In this document: piece by piece, positions 43,246 to 57,521 of the stretch | Numbering within the stretch: position 1 is the first letter of the stretch | How the letters are laid out: each line of letters opens with the position of its first letter | NCBI RefSeq assembly: GCF_009914755.1 | Contig: NC_060933.1 | Length of the DNA: 64,000 bases | Origin: the human T2T-CHM13v2.0 reference genome, Homo sapiens | Reading direction: 5' to 3' (one strand) | Notes under the pieces: model-generated | What the model saw: the letters and a program-made list of their open reading frames with translations, nothing else | Database searches by the model: none | Told to the model about the DNA's origin: nothing | Program-made: the position numbers and the translations under genes

Positions 43246-43872
43246 CTACCTCGGGCTTCTAAACTCTGTAGTAAGCTCTTGCTTCATGTCGTTCAAGGGT
43301 CTTCCTTGTTTGCTCAGTTTTTCTGTGAGACTGAACACAAAGAACAGACATCGGCTGATTTCTACTTGGACAATGGCCCAGGCACAGGTGCTGTAGTCCT
43401 GGTTTTCCAGGTAATCATGGATCCTTCGGAAGTACATTTTAACTTGTAATCTAAGGTTATCACTACCCAAAGTACCACTTAGCTTCTCTGCTTCCAGTCC
43501 CATGAGTGCTTCTAGGTATTCTAGCTGTTGATGAAGTTGAATGAGGAATTTCTCCGTGTGGTTTTCCTCCCAACCATCCAGAGAAATATTTGCCCTGAAG
43601 AGGCTGAAGATCTGCTGAAGCATCTCATGGAGAATGGCCAGAGTGTGTCCTTTTTGGTACTGCTGAGGACTCAAAGACTTCTGAGGAAGCAGAAAGTTTT
43701 TCCTGTGTGGTAGACACTGCTGAATTGACAAGGTTTGCAACTTATTCAAGAGTTTTAAACTTTCTTGATTCACTTGTCTTTGCTGGAAGATAATCAGTTT
43801 CAAATCTAGAGAGAAGATAGTGGTAGAGGCCAGCAGCACCAACACAGTTCCAAAGAAGTGCTTGATAATCAT
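43246..43872 (-). CDS. IFNE: Interferon epsilon precursor, 208 aa, intronless
   Basis: ttcaccATG at 43872; MIIKHFFGTVLVLLASTTIFS signal peptide then LDLKLIIFQQRQVNQESLKLLNKLQ...YSTCAWAIVQVEISRC...EFRSPR. Confidence 0.98.
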   Translation of the reverse strand: MIIKHFFGTVLVLLASTTIFSLDLKLIIFQQRQVNQESLKLLNKLQTLSIQQCLPHRKNFLLPQKSLSPQQYQKGHTLAILHEMLQQIFSLFRANISLDGWEENHTEKFLIQLHQQLEYLEALMGLEAEKLSGTLGSDNLRLQVKMYFRRIHDYLENQDYSTCAWAIVQVEISRCLFFVFSLTEKLSKQGRPLNDMKQELTTEFRSPR

Positions 43873-43912
43873 GGTGAAGGTCAAATATGCTACTTATCCC
43901 TGCATAGACTTA

Positions 43913-43997
43913 GGGAAATTCCAGCTCTAGTGAATGTTTGCCTTTCATGCATCTCAGATTATTTTGGAGAGTGTTCTCTTTTGTTGCTTTCGTTTTC
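43913..43997 (-). promoter_or_regulatory. Candidate kB and IRF elements upstream of the IFNE ATG
   Basis: GGGAAATTCC at 43913-43922; GAAAACGAAAGC on minus strand at 43986-43997. Confidence 0.5.
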
Positions 43998-45475
43998 TAA
44001 TGTCATTTCTCCAAGTTTACACATTAGATTTTCAGGTTCCCTTTTCATGGTGTTCAGAGTACATTTTCTCCATTTCCCTATTGTGTTGGCTATTTTGAGG
44101 AAGTACCAAAATAACTTATTCATTGTATGCTTTCCTTGAGGCAATTACAGACTAGTCATCCAACATAATCTTTTATTATTCTATTCATTATATACAAAGT
44201 TTCACTGAACACAATGTGCTTTCTAAATATTTAGTCAAGCTTATTAAAGTTCTTTTATTGAGATTACGTTTTTTTCAGTAATAGTCTTTCATGGAGTAAA
44301 ACTTACCAAAGGCTTATCAGCACCTATAAAGAATTCAGGGGCAAAACTTAAAATACCTACAAACTACTAAATTTAAAACCTCAATTAGAACTGTAAATTG
44401 TCACAAATGCTTGAGCAAATAATTAATTTTAAAACATATATCAGCAATCTTAAATTATTTTATATCTTATCCTATCAGTTTAATATCTAAGATTCTAGCC
44501 TATAGAAGCAATGCAAAAAAATTAGCAAAAGAAGAGTGTTATAATATTATTGCAAAGCAGAATATTAGAAACAACCTATAGGTTCAACGACAGGTGAATG
44601 ATTACATATATGTTGGTACAGCCATATAATTAAATGATATATATCCATTATAGATGACAAAATTATATGTGAAGAGAGATTGGGGGCATTTGGTTAGCGT
44701 ATATTCCCTAGAATAGTGATAGCTCTGGTAAACTAATGTGAACATCTCTACATTAACAATGTCCTTTGAATTACAAATACCCAGTTCCATATTCTAAGTT
44801 CCTCTTGAATAAGCCCCCAATATACCTTTCCAATCTTATCCCACTGTTGCTCTAAATATAGTGTGAAGGAATCTGAACTCCAGATAAAGTAAGTGATTTA
44901 GTATTCCCTTAATACAGCTAGCACTTGTGTGTGTGTGTGTTTATTGATGATGCTTTCTCTGAAACATCAACTGTTGCCTCCTTTACCTCAAGAACCTTTC
45001 TGTGCAAGGACTAAAGACTACTTGTCCTTTAAGGCCCAGATCTCCCCCAAGGAGCCATAATCTTCTGGATCCCCACAACACTTTGTACCTACCTTATTTA
45101 AGACACCTTTCTTGTTCTGTCTTATACTTGACTATGTACTTACATGATTAAAAGTCTCTTCAGAGTGTGAAATAAACACTGATTACTGATTTCTTTGCTG
45201 TCTATACAACTATAGTAGTTGCTTAATAAATATGTGTTGACTTGGAATAAATTAATATGTTCTACACAAAGTAATACAAGATGTTGAGTCTTATCTTTAA
45301 TCATTTCTCTGCAGGCAGCTGGGTGAATCCCTAAATGTCAAAAACAGGCACTCTGTAAACATGTATGGTCTCATTATATACCAGCTCAGCTGTATGTTTG
45401 GTCACTTAGTCTAGTATTAATAAGTTGAAATAAACTCAGTCAGCATGCTCCACAGAGGGTCTTTTCCCTCCCTAT

Positions 45476-45477
<2 letters not shown>

Positions 45478-45509
<32 letters not shown>
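45478..45509. repeat. (GA)16 microsatellite
   Basis: Direct reading. Confidence 0.95.
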
Positions 45510-45516
<7 letters not shown>

Positions 45517-45774
45517 AGAGAGAGAAAAGACATATGATAATATATAATATACGAAAGGAATAACACTTGTTTCATAACATTATGCTCAATCTATCTGGAA
45601 AGTAGAATTTTGACTAGTCTCAAAAAATCTTTAAATATTTAATGCTGAGCTTCGGGAAAACAATATAAAAATAAATTAAGAATATCAGAAGTTACTCCAT
45701 CTAATAACAACGAGCTCTGATCTATAAGGCTTTCTCATCATTTTCATTCAATTGACAAAAATGATCTAAATGTT

Positions 45775-49000
<3,226 letters not shown>

Positions 49001-49485
49001 TAAAAGATTAAAAACAAAATATAATTGTATTCAAAGTCTAGAAATTTTGAAAATGTTTTCACAAAAAATGTAATCTAAAGTAAATGTTAAAAATATTACA
49101 TATTTTATATTTTCAAAAAACATGAAATATTTTATACAATGTTATCTATCAAAATTAAAAGACAACATGTGTGGTATAATTAATATCAAATTTAAACTGA
49201 CAGTATTTAAATAAAGCATATACTTAACCTTTTAATTAAAAACGTATTAAGCATTAAAAATGTTTATAAAAGTAAAATTACATGCAATTCTATCTTACAA
49301 GGTTCATATGGATAACAATGTAAAAAAAAATGTATCACACTTCCAGCATATGTCTAGACCAACATAAATTAAGATTTAAGAGTAAAATAAATTGATTAAT
49401 ATTGAGAAATATTTTCCAGCCTCCATGTACAACTATTGCCAATGCCCATCATAATTTATGAGTCCCTCCTGAATCACTAATTGTT

Positions 49486-52400
49486 TTTTTTTTTTTTTTT
49501 TTTTTTTGAGCAACATGGCTCTTTATTTCACCTGGGTGCAGGCGGGCTGAGTCCGAAAAGAGTCAGGGAAGGGAGATAAGGGTGGGGCCGTTTTATAGGA
49601 TTTGGGTAGGTAAAGGAAAATTACACTCAAAGGGGGTTTGTTCTCTGGTGGGCAGGAGTGGGGGTTCGCAAGGTGCTCAGTGGGGGTGCTTTTCGAGCCA
49701 GGATGAGCCAGGAAAAGGACTTTCACAAGGTAATGTCATCACTTAAGGCAAGGACTGGCCATTTACACTTCTTTTGTGGTGGAATGTCATCAGTTAAGGT
49801 GGGGCAGGGCATGTTCACTTCTTTTGTGATTCTTCAGTTACTTCAGGCCATCTGGGCGTATACGTGCAAGTCACAGGGGATGCAATGGCTTGGCTTGGGC
49901 TCAGAGGCCTGACATTCCTGCCTTCTTATATTAATAAGAAAAATAAAACAAAATAGTGAAGTGTTGGGGCGGCAAAAATTTCTGGCGGGTGATATGGACA
50001 GAGAATGGGCGATGTTTCTCAGGGCTGCTTCAAGCGGGATTGGGGCGGCGTGGGAACCTAGAGTGGGAGAGATTAAGCTGAAGGGAGGTCTTGTGGTAAG
50101 AGGTGATATTGTGGGGATGTTAGAAGAAACATCTGTCATATAGAATGATTGGTTGGCCTGGATACGGTCTTGGATGAAGTGACAAACTAAATGGAATAAG
50201 AGAAGGAGAAAAACAGGTATAAAAGGACTAAGAATTGGGAGGACCTAGGACATCTAATTAGAGAGTGCCTAAGGAGATTCAGCATAGTCCTGCCAGCAAA
50301 GATTATTTATTTACTTCAAGAGTTTAGAGTGGCAGTTTGGGGATAGCACCAGGAGATATCAGCTGCGATGGCTTGGAGAAACAGTGTAAACCAGCAGTGT
50401 AAACAAGAGCAGGGCATGTATGAGTAGTTGAGAACGGTGAATAGGAGTATGACTAACAGATGAGGATGAAATTTGGGCTTGACTGAAGTAATGGGGGCTG
50501 TCTGTGAAGCCTTGCGGCAGTATAGCCCAGGTAATTTGCTGAGCCTAATGGGTGTCAGGGTCAGTCTAAGTGAAGGCAAGTGTTAACAGGCTTTAATCCT
50601 TTCAAAGCATGCTGTGGGATGGGATATTGGCATTGAGCCAGGTAAGGGTGATTAGGTTTTAATGAGATGGTAAGGGGTGCATGATCGGTCGCCAAGGAGG
50701 GAGTAGAGGTATCTTATACTTGTGGGTTAAGATGGGGGAATACAAGAGGAGGACGCAAAAGAGGCTTTGGATTGGGAAGAAGGGCATCAATGAGATGCGG
50801 CTATGGTCCAGGAATAGTCAGGGAAGCAGATAATTTGGTTAAAATGTCTCAGCCTAATAAGGGAACTGGGCAGGTGGGGATAACTAAAAAGGAGTGCTTA
50901 AAAGAGTATTGTCTAAGTTGGCACCAGAGTTGGGGAGTTTTAAGAGGTTTAGAAGCCTGGCCGTCAATACCCACAACAGTTATGGGGGCAAGGGAAACAG
51001 GCCCTTGAAAAGAAGGTAATATGGAGTGGGTAGCCTCCGTATTGATTAAGAAGGGGACAGACTTACCTTCCACTGTGAGAGTTACCCGAAGCTTGGCGTC
51101 CGTGATGGTCTAGGGGGCTTCCGAGGCGATCGGGCAGCGTCAGTCTTCAGCCGCTAAGCCAAGAAGATCTGGGAAGCAGTCAGAGAGCCTTGGGCCAGAG
51201 TTCCAGGGACTCTGGGAGTGGCTGCCAGGTGAGTTGGACAGTCCGATTGCCAGTGGGGTCCCGCACAGATGGGACACGGCTTAGGAGGAATCTTGGGCTG
51301 CAGGCATTCCTTGGCCTGGTGGCCACATTTCTGGCACTTGCAGCAAACTCCTGGGGGAGGAGGTTCTGGAGGAATGCCTGGCCGCTGCGGTTCAGGCGTT
51401 TGGAAGTTCTTGTGTGCTGGAGATGTGGCTGGGGTTTGTCTCACAGTGGAGGCAAGGAGTTGAAACTTTTTTCTATTATTGTACACCTTGAAGGCAAGGT
51501 TAATTAAATCCTGTTGTGGGATTTGAGGGCCGGAATTTAATTTTTGGAGTTTTATTTAATGTTGGGAGCAGATTGGGTAATAAAATGTATATTGAGAATA
51601 AGATGGCCTTTTGACCTTTTAGGGTCTAGGGCTGTAAAGCATCTCAGGGTTGCTGCCGAACGAGCCATGAACTGGGCTGGGTTTTTATATTTGATGAAAA
51701 AGAGCCTAAACGCTATCTGATTTGGGATAAAGAAAAAGGAGCATTAACCTTGATTATGCCTTTGGCTCCAGCCACCTTTTTAAGAGTAAATTGCTGGGCA
51801 GGTGGGGGAGGGCTAGTCACGGAACGAAACTGTAAGCCCGACCAGGTGTGAGGAGGGGAGGCGATAAAAAGATTATAGGGTGGAGGAACGGAGGCTGAGG
51901 AAGAATTGGGACCTAGCTCGGCCTGGCGAGGAGGGGAGAGGTCAGATGGGTCTGTAGAAAAGGAAGATTAGAAAGACTCAGCGACGCTTGGGGTTGGGAC
52001 TGAGGGGACAGGCGGGAGGGAAAGAAGGAAGATTTGGGACGAGTTGCACTGGGCGCAGAGACTAGGAAGGGACTGATGTGTAAAAGAATGCCTGGATGTC
52101 AGGCACCTCAGACCGTTTGCCTATTTTACGACAAGAATTATTTAGATATTGCAGGATGGAAAAATTCAAAGTGCCATTTTCTGGCTATTTGGAACTACTG
52201 TCGAGTTTGTATTGGGGTCAAGCGGCATTGCAGAAGAAAATAAGGCATTTAGGTTTTAGGTCAGGTGAGGATTGAAGAGGTTTTAAGTTCTTAAGAATAC
52301 AGGCTAAGGGAGAAGAAGGAGGAATGGAAGGTGGAAGCTTGCCCATAGTGAAGGAGGCAAGCCCAGAGAAAAGAGTAGAGACACGGAGAAGGGGTGGGGG

Positions 52401-53258
52401 TTTCTTGCCCTCCAGAAAAGCAGAGAAAGGGTTGGGGCACAGAAATAAGGGATTGGGGCGCAGAGATAAGAGGTTGGGGCATGGAAATAAGCGATTGGGG
52501 TGCAGAGATAAGAGGTTGGGGCGCAGAGATAAGAGGTTGGGGCATGGAAATAAGCGGTTGGGGGTTCTTGCCCCCTAGGAAAGCGGGACTCGCCGCTAAG
52601 GGTGAAGGAGAAGGGGTTGAGGGGTACTTGCCCCTGCCCCAGGAAAGCAGAGAAGGGGTAGAGACAAGGAGAGAAGAGGTTGAGGGCTATTTGCCCCTCT
52701 CCCAGAAAAGCAGAGAAGGGGTAGAGACAAGGAGAGAAGGGGTTGAGGTACTTGCCCCTTCCCCAGAAAAGCGGGACTTGCCGCTAAGGGTGAAGGACCA
52801 AGGCAGGCGTCCCTGCGTGGTCTGACACCCTTGAAACATGGCTGAATGATCAGAGAGGCGTCCCTGCAATGATTAAACACCAAGGGAAGGCTGCCTTCCC
52901 AATCCGTGACCGGCGCCGGAGTTTTGGGTCTATGAATAAAACGTGTCTCCTTTGTCTCTCCCAGAAAATGAAAGGAATTGAAATTAAGAGAAGGGAGAGA
53001 TTGAAGAGTGGAAAGGAGAAAGTGGTTGAGGGACAGTGAGAGAGGTTGGAGAAGAGAGTAAGATGAGGCCGCTTACCGGATTTGAAATTGGTGAGATGTT
53101 CCTTGGGCTGGTTGGTCTGAGGACCTGAGGTCGTAGGTGGATCTTTCTCACAGAGCAAAGAGCAGGAGGATGGGGGATTGATCTCCCAAGGGAGGTCCCC
53201 TGTTCCGAGTCAAGGCACCAAATTTCATGCGCGTCCGTGTGAAGAGACCACCAAACAG
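49486..53258 (-). mobile_element. HERV-H retrocopy: partial U5, PBS-His, leader, gag, pro, deleted pol, PPT, U3-R of LTR7, poly(A); 17-bp TSD
   Basis: PBS TGGTGCCTTGACTCGGAA at 53203-53220; two CCHC knuckles in ORF 51154-51486; protease FLINTEA in ORF 50849-51073; LTR7 starts TGTCAGGCCTCTGAGCCCAAGC at 49914; T tract 49484-49507; TSD CTGAATCACTAATTGTT at 49469-49485 and 53259-53275. Confidence 0.95.
52430..52563. repeat. 21-bp G-rich tandem repeat, about 6.4 copies, in the HERV-H leader
   Basis: Units g(g/a)ttgggg(c/t)..(a/g)ga(g/a)ataag; followed by repeats of about 61 bp at 52609-52770. Confidence 0.9.
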
Positions 53259-55084
53259 CTGAATCACTAATTGTTACGTAAAGACAAGCAAGAGAATGGA
53301 CACTGGGGACTATTGAGACATGGTATTTCATTTTGTAAGAATCTATTGCGTTCCTGCTGTCCTTGAGGAAGGGTTTACTAGGCAATTAATGTGTCTTCTC
53401 TTTCCTCTGCAGCTCAAATCCCCTACATTCCAAGGCAACGTCTCCTTCATGGCATCAGGTACAGTCAATTTTTTGTAGGGGACTGAAAGCAAGAGATGTG
53501 GAGAAATATCTCCCTGGGTACCAAATGGAATTACTAATGAGCATGTATATTTAGAGTTATTGGGCCATATGTGAGCACTGAGTACCAGATCCTAAGTGAT
53601 GTGGGTACTAGATGCTTTTTTAAAATGTTGTGTGTGTCTATGCATGTGTGTGTATGTGCACTTCCGTGTGTGCATACACATGTGTTGTATAAATTGAATC
53701 ATGTCTGATATTCAGGTTTCTCAAAAGGGCAAGACCTAGAGTAGAGCATAGGTCACTCTTGTCTGAATCTAAGGATGGTATTAAGGAAATTCACTGCATG
53801 CTTACATTGCTTAGAGAAAGACAATGGAAAGTGTCATGATGATGAAAAAAGGGCTAAATCTTAAGTATCAGTCAGTATGACGAAGTCTCTAAAATAAATT
53901 AAACAAACGACTGGTAGTTCATCTTTAGCTAGAATGGGCTTTTCAATGACTTTTAAATTTATTACATAAGTATCAAGTTTTATTTATTCACTTGTCTCCA
54001 TAAATTATTTATCATTACTGTCAATCTAAAAAATGTAATTAAAATTGTGATACCCTCTGTTTAAAACACACAAAAACAGTTCCAGTTAGTAAACGAGGCA
54101 TTTTAAATTCAACCAAAGGATGGCAGCATAATATCAATTACTTAGAGCCTGGGATAAACTTTGCTGTTGGTAAGATATCACAAATTAATGGTATCTAGTG
54201 GTCTGATAATGTATGATCAGCAATACATTACTCAGACCAGGTGTATTGTTCCCATAACACATTAGCTCACTAGTCTGTCTAATCCATATTAAGATACTTG
54301 CTGGTTAGTATTGTTATATTTTCCTTTTTTGCCTTGACCACTCTAATGGACATGCCTTGCTTTCTGGCCATCTACTACCTCCTCTCCCTTTCTGGGGGTC
54401 GGGGGGTGGGGGCGTCTGTAAACATATTCTAACTTCTCTGACCACTCTGGGATCTTGTGCTCTGGCCAGACTCTCCAGCGTGCCACACACAGGGTGCCAC
54501 ATCTAGCCCTATCCCAAGCTACTCAGCGCCTCCCTTTGCTCTGGCCTCAGTTATTATTTCAGATATGGTTATTTTTCCCAATGGTATCGACACAGCTCTA
54601 CTCCATTTTCTGAGCATAAACTTTCAAATATTTGACCATATTAATTTATCTATCATAGAATTCTGGAGCTGGAATTGATCTTAAATTGATATCTAATCTC
54701 TGCTTCCCTTTCCCTTTTTGAAAAATTCAGTCCTAAAGACAATAGATGGACAAAACAATGTAAGCATTTTGCTGGAAAGGGCAGGAAGCCACACTGCTGG
54801 AGCTCAGACAGGCAAAGGTGACTGTTTATGTGGAGAGAGAACCTGGCATGGGTGTCACAGCCTAAGAGTGATTAGAGCATCCGTGGAGCGGGGCTGCTGT
54901 GGGGAGTCATAACTTGAGTGGAGTGAGGAGAAATATTCTGTAAAACAATTGCCCTGTAATCGTTCAAGGTCATGAAAATCAACAAAGACCCAGCAACTGC
55001 TCCAGACTATAAGAGACTAAAGAATATAGCAACTGAATGCATAGCATGATTCTGAACAGGATCCATTTGCTACTAGGAATATTA

Positions 55085-55412
<328 letters not shown>

Positions 55413-55829
55413 CTAAATACGAACACTGAGTATCATATGGTGCTAACGTAACAATGTTAATTTCTGAATTTTGTTGTGGTTATGCAGGGAAAATATCTCT
55501 GTTGGTAGGAAACACACATTAAAGTATTTGACAGTATTGGTGCATCAGCTTGGCAACTTAAATTATTTCAAAAATAAGATTCTCTCTCCTGTATTTTCAA
55601 CTTTCATGATTATTTCAAAGGATAAAAAGTGTGTTTGTATTTTTTAACTAAATAATCCACATTTGAGACATGATGACAGAGGTCTAACAGAGCAGAATAG
55701 CCTTCTTTTTGTACACTATCATCAACTATACTGTTCTCCCTTTCCCTCTTCATAATTTAGGCCAAGAACGGCAAAAGCACAGTAGAAAGGAAAAGACCAC
55801 CACTTCTCATGAAAATTGTATAACATGAT

Positions 55830-56070
55830 ACTCAGCACATGGGCTTTAATGTGCAACAGAATAGGTTTAAACCCCAACTCTACTACTTGCTTGCTGTGTG
55901 GTTTTTAGCAAGCTATTAACTTCTCTGTGTCTCAGTTTCATCAATGTTAAGACAAGTATAATAATGGTGTCTCTTGGAGTTGTTGTGAAATCTAATTGAG
56001 ATAATCCACCTAATATGTTTAGTATAGTGCATGGCATGTGATCCATGCATAATAAATGTTATTATTTATG
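55830..56070 (+). mobile_element. MIR SINE
   Basis: ctactacttgcttgctgtgtg...aacttctctgtgtctcagtttc...gttgttgtgaa core. Confidence 0.75.
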
Positions 56071-56485
56071 TTATTATTAAAATATCATTTATGCTAAAAT
56101 GATATTATTAATAGATAACGGCAGTCTGTTCCATCAAGCTCTAGGTAAGTACTTTCAAAATGCTCTGAGGGTAGCCCCTATTAATCAGTCACAGCTGGAA
56201 ATAAGATGAAGCCCATTTTCTATTAACTGCTTTTTCAACAAATGTCAATTAATTCAAAGAAAGAAGAACCAAGTGTGTACATACTCTAGAAGCACTTAGA
56301 TGACATGTATTGGTCCTCATGTTATTAATTCATTCAAGAAATGTTTATTGATTGCTTATTATGGTCCTAGCATTGCTCCAGGCCCTGTTCAGTTAAACAG
56401 AGATAAAGATCCCTGGAATGGAGTTTGATTGGATTAGGTAGGGTAAAAGGGGAGAAATAGTAGAGTATAAGCAAATGACATAGCA

Positions 56486-57040
56486 CAGCAGTCCCCAACC
56501 TTTTTGGCACCAGGAACCTGTTTTGTGGAAGATAATTTTTTCCATAGACCAGGGTGGGGGAATGGTTTCGGGATGATTCAAGCACATCACATTTATTGTG
56601 CACTTTATTTCTATTACTATTATATTGTAATGTATACTAAAAATAATTATACAACTCACCATAATGTAGAACCAGTGGGAGCCCTGAGCTTGCTTTCCTG
56701 CAACTATCTTTCTCATTTGGAGGGAAACTATATTTCCCATCTGGAGGTGATGGGAGACAGTGACAGATCATCAGGCACTAGATTCTCACAGGGAGCACGC
56801 AACCTAGATCCCTCCTATGCCGAGTTCACAACAGGGTTCGCACTCCTATGAGAGAATCTAGTGCTGCCACTGATCTGACAGGAGGCAGAGCTCAAGAGGT
56901 AATGTGAGCAGTGGGGAGTTGCTATAAATACAGATGAAGCTTTGCGCACTCACCCGCTGCTCACCTCCTGCTGTGTGGCCCTGGTTCCTAACAGGCAATG
57001 GAGCAGTACCGGACTGTGGCCTGGGGATTGGTGACCCCTG
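56486..57040 (-). mobile_element. MER1A hAT-Charlie element
   Basis: TIRs cagcagtccccaacc ... ggggattggtgacccctg; degenerate 8-bp TSD acatagca/ttatagca. Confidence 0.9.
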
Positions 57041-57229
57041 TTATAGCATTCTATAATGCAGATGTATACCAGAGTAAAATCAATTACGAGCATCTCTTTT
57101 TTTCTAAAGTTATTGACCTTCTGTATACAGAATGACACAAACAAATTGCTCAAGATCAATCCCCAAGAAACACCAATATTTAAGCAATGAGTAGAAGAGG
57201 AGACCAAAAAGTGAAATAAACAATGTCTA

Positions 57230-57521
57230 GGCCAGGTGCAGTGGCTCACACCTGTAATCCCAGCACTTTAGGAGGCTGAGGCGGGTGGATCACCTGAGGT
57301 CAGGAGTTCGAGACCAGCCTGGCCAACATGGTGAAACCCTGTCTCTACTGAAAATACAAAAATTAGCCAGGCATGGTGGTGGGTGCCTGTAATCCCAGCT
57401 ACTCAGGAGGCTGAGGCAAGAGAATCGCATGAACTCAGGAGGCAAAGGTTGCAGTGAGCCGAGATTGCGCTATCGCACTGCAGCCTGGGGGACAAGAGCA
57501 AGACTTCGTCTCAAAAAAAAA
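57230..57521 (+). mobile_element. AluS element
   Basis: Full Alu; TSD core tgtcta. Confidence 0.93.

Noticed and set aside
43873-43884. MTFT extension of IFNE
   Set aside because: Starts at TTG; the ATG at 43872 has good Kozak context and gives the known 208-aa protein.
43873-43960. Splice acceptor that would join MIR31HG exons to the IFNE CDS
   Set aside because: Only a weak candidate (ccctaagtctatgcag) with an interrupted pyrimidine tract.
52430-52563. CRISPR-like regular repeats
   Set aside because: Head-to-tail units without unique spacers, inside a HERV-H leader in a mammalian genome.
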